Under the pieces are notes generated by a model, which did not search any database, was not told where the DNA came from, and saw only the letters and a list, made by a program, of their open reading frames with translations. From an uncultured bacterium (GTDB lineage Bacteria > Patescibacteriota > Minisyncoccia > Moranbacterales > UBA2206), in the NCBI GenBank assembly GCA_903831805.1, contig CAIKZD010000007.1, positions 7,886-71,885 on the forward strand: DNA of 64,000 nt. The letters are read 5' to 3'. The position numbers and the translations under genes were made by a program. This document shows, piece by piece, positions 60,206 to 64,000 of the stretch. Every line of letters begins with the position of its first letter. The stretch's first letter is position 1.

Positions 60206-61870
60206 TTAGTTGATATCGTAACTTTCAGGATTTCCTTTTTTCAAGCAATACATTTCATTGGCGTAAGTCGGCAGGAAAAATCTTTTAGTTTTGGGATTGT
60301 AGGCAATTCTATTGGTGATTCTTTCGGTAGTGGTGAAATGCCCGGTTATTTTTCCAGTCAAGAGATCTATTTCAAGCATGATGCCGGAAGTTGAACCGAC
60401 GTAGATCTTGCCTTCAATTACTTGCGGCTGGGCGAAAATCCGGCCGCCACAGTCGGTGTGCCAGTTGAGTTTTCCACTGTCAAGATTGACGCTATAGAGA
60501 TGTTTGTCCATTGAGCCGAAATAGACGTTATCGCCGTGAACCAGCGGAGTGGAATAGATGGGTTCTTTAGTTTGGAACTTTCCTTTGACTTTTCCGGAGT
60601 CGATATCGAGGGCGTAGACATTCTTATCAAATGATCCAAACAAGAGCAGATTGCGTTTGACATCAAAAACCAAAGAAGCCTTAATTTCTCCGCCGGTGCG
60701 ATATTTCCATTTCAATTTTCCTGTTTCGGCGTCAAAGAGATAGACATAAAAATCATTACACCCAACGGCCACCACTTTTCTCTCTGGGCAATAGGCGGGG
60801 GAACAATGAGTGAAATCTGGCATACGATAGTCCCAAACTTTTTTGCCAGTTTTAAGGTCTAGGGCGGTTAGGCCACCTTGTTTTTTGAATAATCCGAACT
60901 CTAAGCCGATGAACAATATTCCTAACTCAGGCGCGACAGCCGGAGAAGATCCGACAAATTCGGCGTCCATATTTTTCCAGCGCAGGCGGCCGGTATTTTT
61001 ATTAATAGCATAAACATTACCGTCATACGCCCCGAAATAGACAGTATCTTTGTATATGGCCGGTGAAGACAAAATTATTTTGTCAGATGAGACGCTGTAT
61101 CCGGTCTCTTCGAATTTCCAAGCTACGGTGCCATCATTTTGATTGAGCGCCCAAAGACAGCCATTATCAGCGCCGAAATAGACTTTTTCCTCGTCGAGCA
61201 CTGGCGATGATTTTCCGAGTCGCAGGAAAAAAGCCGGATTAGGACTGGCGAATCTCCAAAAAAGTTTGAATTTCTGTGTTTCTTGGATAATTTTTTCTGG
61301 AATAGAGAGTCCGATATCCGCCAGGCTATACAAGGAATATAGCGAGATGTTTTTTTGCGCTAGAATTTCTTTATTTTCATCTCTAAAACTGACCAGGACG
61401 AAAGCTTTCGTAGCTTTTTTCTCAGCATATTCTAAAACTTTGGCTTGACGCAGGAGTGTGCCGCCGCTATTGGTCAGATCATCCACCAGGATTATTTTTT
61501 CATCGTTCAATTTCCCTTCAATGATTTTTTGCAAGCCGGTTGGTTTTCTGGATTTTCTAATGAAAAAACCATTGACGGGTTTCCCGATTTTTTGACTGTG
61601 CAGTACGATGGCACTGAGCAAGGGAATGGCGGCGATTTCTTGGCCGCCAACTTGGAAAGGGTACTCTTTTTCGAATTGATGCCAAAAAATTTCGACAATT
61701 AACTCCAATGCCTGCGGGTCAAGAAAGATATTTCTAAAATCCAGGAGCCAAGATTTCTCTTCGGATTTTTCTCCATTAGACGAAAAAGATGGTTGCTGCT
61801 CGCCGGTGATGAGAACATCTTTTTTGATTATTTCCAACAGGAGTTCTTTTTTTCTGGTAATTCCATCCAT
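60206..61870 (-). CDS. Fusion protein: N-terminal type-I phosphoribosyltransferase-like domain + C-terminal PQQ-repeat beta-propeller
   Basis: PRT motif KIILVDDLTNSGGTL. Repeated ...VYFG..DG.LYA.D..TGK..WKY.. propeller blades. Confidence 0.55.
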   Translation of the reverse strand: MDGITRKKELLLEIIKKDVLITGEQQPSFSSNGEKSEEKSWLLDFRNIFLDPQALELIVEIFWHQFEKEYPFQVGGQEIAAIPLLSAIVLHSQKIGKPVNGFFIRKSRKPTGLQKIIEGKLNDEKIILVDDLTNSGGTLLRQAKVLEYAEKKATKAFVLVSFRDENKEILAQKNISLYSLYSLADIGLSIPEKIIQETQKFKLFWRFASPNPAFFLRLGKSSPVLDEEKVYFGADNGCLWALNQNDGTVAWKFEETGYSVSSDKIILSSPAIYKDTVYFGAYDGNVYAINKNTGRLRWKNMDAEFVGSSPAVAPELGILFIGLEFGLFKKQGGLTALDLKTGKKVWDYRMPDFTHCSPAYCPERKVVAVGCNDFYVYLFDAETGKLKWKYRTGGEIKASLVFDVKRNLLLFGSFDKNVYALDIDSGKVKGKFQTKEPIYSTPLVHGDNVYFGSMDKHLYSVNLDSGKLNWHTDCGGRIFAQPQVIEGKIYVGSTSGIMLEIDLLTGKITGHFTTTERITNRIAYNPKTKRFFLPTYANEMYCLKKGNPESYDIN

Positions 61871-61890
61871 AAGTTTTTGGTTAGCCCGGA

Positions 61891-62631
61891 TTACTTGCTA
61901 AGGAGTGTCATATACACCGTGTCCTCATCCTCGTTTTCGATATCTAGCATTTCATTGGTTCTTTGGTTATGAAAGCCCACGCTGTTGCAACACTTGATGC
62001 CAAGGGCGGAAGCGGTCAGGGCAAAATTGTGGTTCAGGTGGCCCGCCTCCAAAAGGGTGATGCGATAGCCGCGATTATCATATTTCATGAAATTTCTGTC
62101 CCAAACTGCCGTAGTGAAAAGCACCACTGCGGCCAGTCTTGACCAAGGATAGAACAATCCTTCTATGATCCCGCCCATATATTCAGGATCAATGGTCAAT
62201 GTCTCCAGGGCGTTGTCCTTAACGTTGAAATGATATATGCCGGGAATCATACCTTCGACACGTTGGATTACGGCGTATACTTCCAGTGGATAGCGCGCTC
62301 CGCCGGAAGGATAGAACCGGCGAACAGCTTCTCCTTCGACATCCGGAGTTCTTATGCCTGCCGAATAGGATAAAATAGTGGACAGTTCGTCGAAGGATAT
62401 TTTTTTTGTCCAATCAAACTCCCTCTCGGAATGGCGATTTTCCAAGCTGTTTTTTAACATTCCTAAATCTAATAAATTTTTGGACAGTTCTTTTTTGGGG
62501 AATCGCGGATAACTTTTGTGATAAATCTCTTCCCATTCTTTAGGCCAATATTGAGAATCGGTAGGCGGAGTGCCAATGGCAAAATCAAAGTTAGCTTTTT
62601 TATGGAATTTTTTAGAAAATATGCCTTTCAT
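61891..62631 (-). CDS. SagB-type (TOMM/McbC-like) nitroreductase-family dehydrogenase
   Basis: RHSEREF, RRFYPSGGARYPLEVY and PGIYHF match the SagB/ThcOx family. Confidence 0.65.
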   Translation of the reverse strand: MKGIFSKKFHKKANFDFAIGTPPTDSQYWPKEWEEIYHKSYPRFPKKELSKNLLDLGMLKNSLENRHSEREFDWTKKISFDELSTILSYSAGIRTPDVEGEAVRRFYPSGGARYPLEVYAVIQRVEGMIPGIYHFNVKDNALETLTIDPEYMGGIIEGLFYPWSRLAAVVLFTTAVWDRNFMKYDNRGYRITLLEAGHLNHNFALTASALGIKCCNSVGFHNQRTNEMLDIENEDEDTVYMTLLSK

Positions 62632-62650
62632 AGGATTGTAGTTTTAAAGT

Positions 62651-64000
62651 TTAACTGAAAGGGTGGGGTTCTTGACAGAGTGTTTCAGCCGGAAGATAGC
62701 CGGTTTTTTTTGGGACTTCGTGCAGTCTTTTACCGCCAAGATAAGGCAATTCTTCATCCAAATGCATTGGTTGAAGTTCTGGGATGATAACTTGAACACT
62801 GCGCAAGCCTATTTTTTTCACCGCTGGAGTGGAAAGTTCTACGTAGCAAGCTTCATATTTTTTATCCCCCAATTCTTTTATGAGCAGCTGAAGCTTATCT
62901 TTGTAATATTTTTCACCGTCTGTTTTTTCTTGAGTATTGAAAAAATTCTCTTCCGTTTCCAAATTTAATTTTATTTTTTCGCCTTGTGTCATGAAATCCA
63001 AGCGAGGCATATTTTCCGGGCGAGCCCAATAGATCATGCGGTCAATCATATTAAATTTTTTCAAGTCCGGAAGTGGAGATTCTTTTTTAATATCCCAATT
63101 TTTCTTCAGATACATTCGGATGGAGAAAGCTTCGGTTAGCGCGCCCAAGATAGCTGATTTTAAATCTAATTTAGCGCTGTTTCCAATGGCAAAAGCCGGA
63201 CCATTGCCGCTTCTGTCCAAAATGATAGCGGAAACAATGGAAGCGGAAAAATCAGTGGGAAGTTTGACTAGATATACTTCTAAGCCATATCTTTTGAACA
63301 TTTTATAAACCTTTTCCAAGTCTTCGTCTTGAAAAGAAAGGTGTTCAAAATCCAAAACCGGTGGAGAAAGTTTGTTAAGATAGGATATGATGTAGGCGTC
63401 TCTTTCGATTATCTCCAGAATTCCCTTAACAATCGCTTCTTCCAGTGGTCCGGAGGTTGTGGCCGCGCCGGTAGTGATGCAATGGCGTAACAGTGGCTCT
63501 TTGTCGTTGCCTATGCCAGTCCCTTTCACGTTCCTATTGAAATAGCTAGAATTTATCAGTTGGGCCGGGCAGAAAATATTTTTATGCGGAGCGTGTCCGG
63601 TCAAAGAGATGGCTGGTATCCAACCAAAGACAGCGTTTTGGTCAAAATTCATCCAATTGCAACTCTTTTTTTGTTCTTCGGAAAACCCGGCCAGTTTAAA
63701 AATGTTTAGGGCTTTAGATTTAATTTTTGCATAAGGAAGATGCTGAATGTTTTGCAAAAGATGGTCATTGGTTTTCCAAAGGCTTCTCTCGGTTGCTTCC
63801 CCAATAGCCTTCCATAGAGCGGATTCTTCATTGAAAAAATCGCCGCCTGAACTGCCGAGGTTCATTTTTTGCATAGTTATGGAGAATCGATGAAAAAACG
63901 GCTCGTCGTAAAATTTTGGGCTTTTTATAATTTTTCCAATTATTCCGATGGCTTGCAATTTTTCCGCCGTGCTAATGGCACTAAAGAGTTTCGAGTCAGT
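62651..64000 (-). CDS. YcaO-domain protein (azoline-forming cyclodehydratase-type); the N-terminus continues beyond the window
   Basis: GSSGGDFFNEESALWKAIGEATERS; GTGIGNDKE; EAIVKGILEIIERDA. The frame stays open upstream of the TTG at 63958 through 64000, so the gene is probably partial. Confidence 0.7.
   Translation of the reverse strand, partial: TDSKLFSAISTAEKLQAIGIIGKIIKSPKFYDEPFFHRFSITMQKMNLGSSGGDFFNEESALWKAIGEATERSLWKTNDHLLQNIQHLPYAKIKSKALNIFKLAGFSEEQKKSCNWMNFDQNAVFGWIPAISLTGHAPHKNIFCPAQLINSSYFNRNVKGTGIGNDKEPLLRHCITTGAATTSGPLEEAIVKGILEIIERDAYIISYLNKLSPPVLDFEHLSFQDEDLEKVYKMFKRYGLEVYLVKLPTDFSASIVSAIILDRSGNGPAFAIGNSAKLDLKSAILGALTEAFSIRMYLKKNWDIKKESPLPDLKKFNMIDRMIYWARPENMPRLDFMTQGEKIKLNLETEENFFNTQEKTDGEKYYKDKLQLLIKELGDKKYEACYVELSTPAVKKIGLRSVQVIIPELQPMHLDEELPYLGGKRLHEVPKKTGYLPAETLCQEPHPFS

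Overview
This 64-kb window looks like a small, AT-rich genome of the CPR/Patescibacteria type (inference from gene content and architecture; no database search was run).

Main content:
- rRNA: an unlinked 23S-5S unit with no 16S or tRNA nearby. The 23S carries a group I intron encoding a LAGLIDADG homing endonuclease, plus two hairpin intervening sequences.
- Surface proteins: very large secreted proteins made of LamG/concanavalin-like and beta-helix repeats.
- Cell division and wall: ftsW/rodA, ftsA, ftsZ, murF, ddl, an LCP protein and lepB.
- Housekeeping: proS, pth, hisS, rpsU, purE, purC, cysK, ybeY, dgkA, mscL, a MsbA-like ABC exporter and a MATE exporter.

Notable features:
- Two complete diversity-generating retroelements (DGRs). 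DGR1 spans 1..2258 and DGR2 spans 23850..26731. Each has an RT with the DGR-type SQ motif, a four-helix-bundle Avd, and a TR/VR pair that differs almost only at template adenines (DGR2 also has one 1-nt indel).
- Each DGR RT sits next to a paralogous REP-associated tyrosine transposase (RAYT/IS200-like HUH) gene.
- Two families of perfect 35-50 nt palindromes are present, and one copy lies in-frame inside each RAYT gene.
- Hairpin elements paralogous to the 23S intervening sequences occur in an intergenic region. One carries a four-helix-bundle ORF.
- Two gene blocks are bracketed by diverged duplications of the 3' end of the upstream gene. One block is the COG1373 ATPase. The other is murF-ddl-TA.
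- At the 3' end there is a TOMM/RiPP-like cluster: YcaO (partial), a SagB-type dehydrogenase, a phosphoribosyltransferase fused to a PQQ beta-propeller, and a divergent radical-SAM/SPASM gene.

All coordinates come from reading the sequence and the supplied ORF track.
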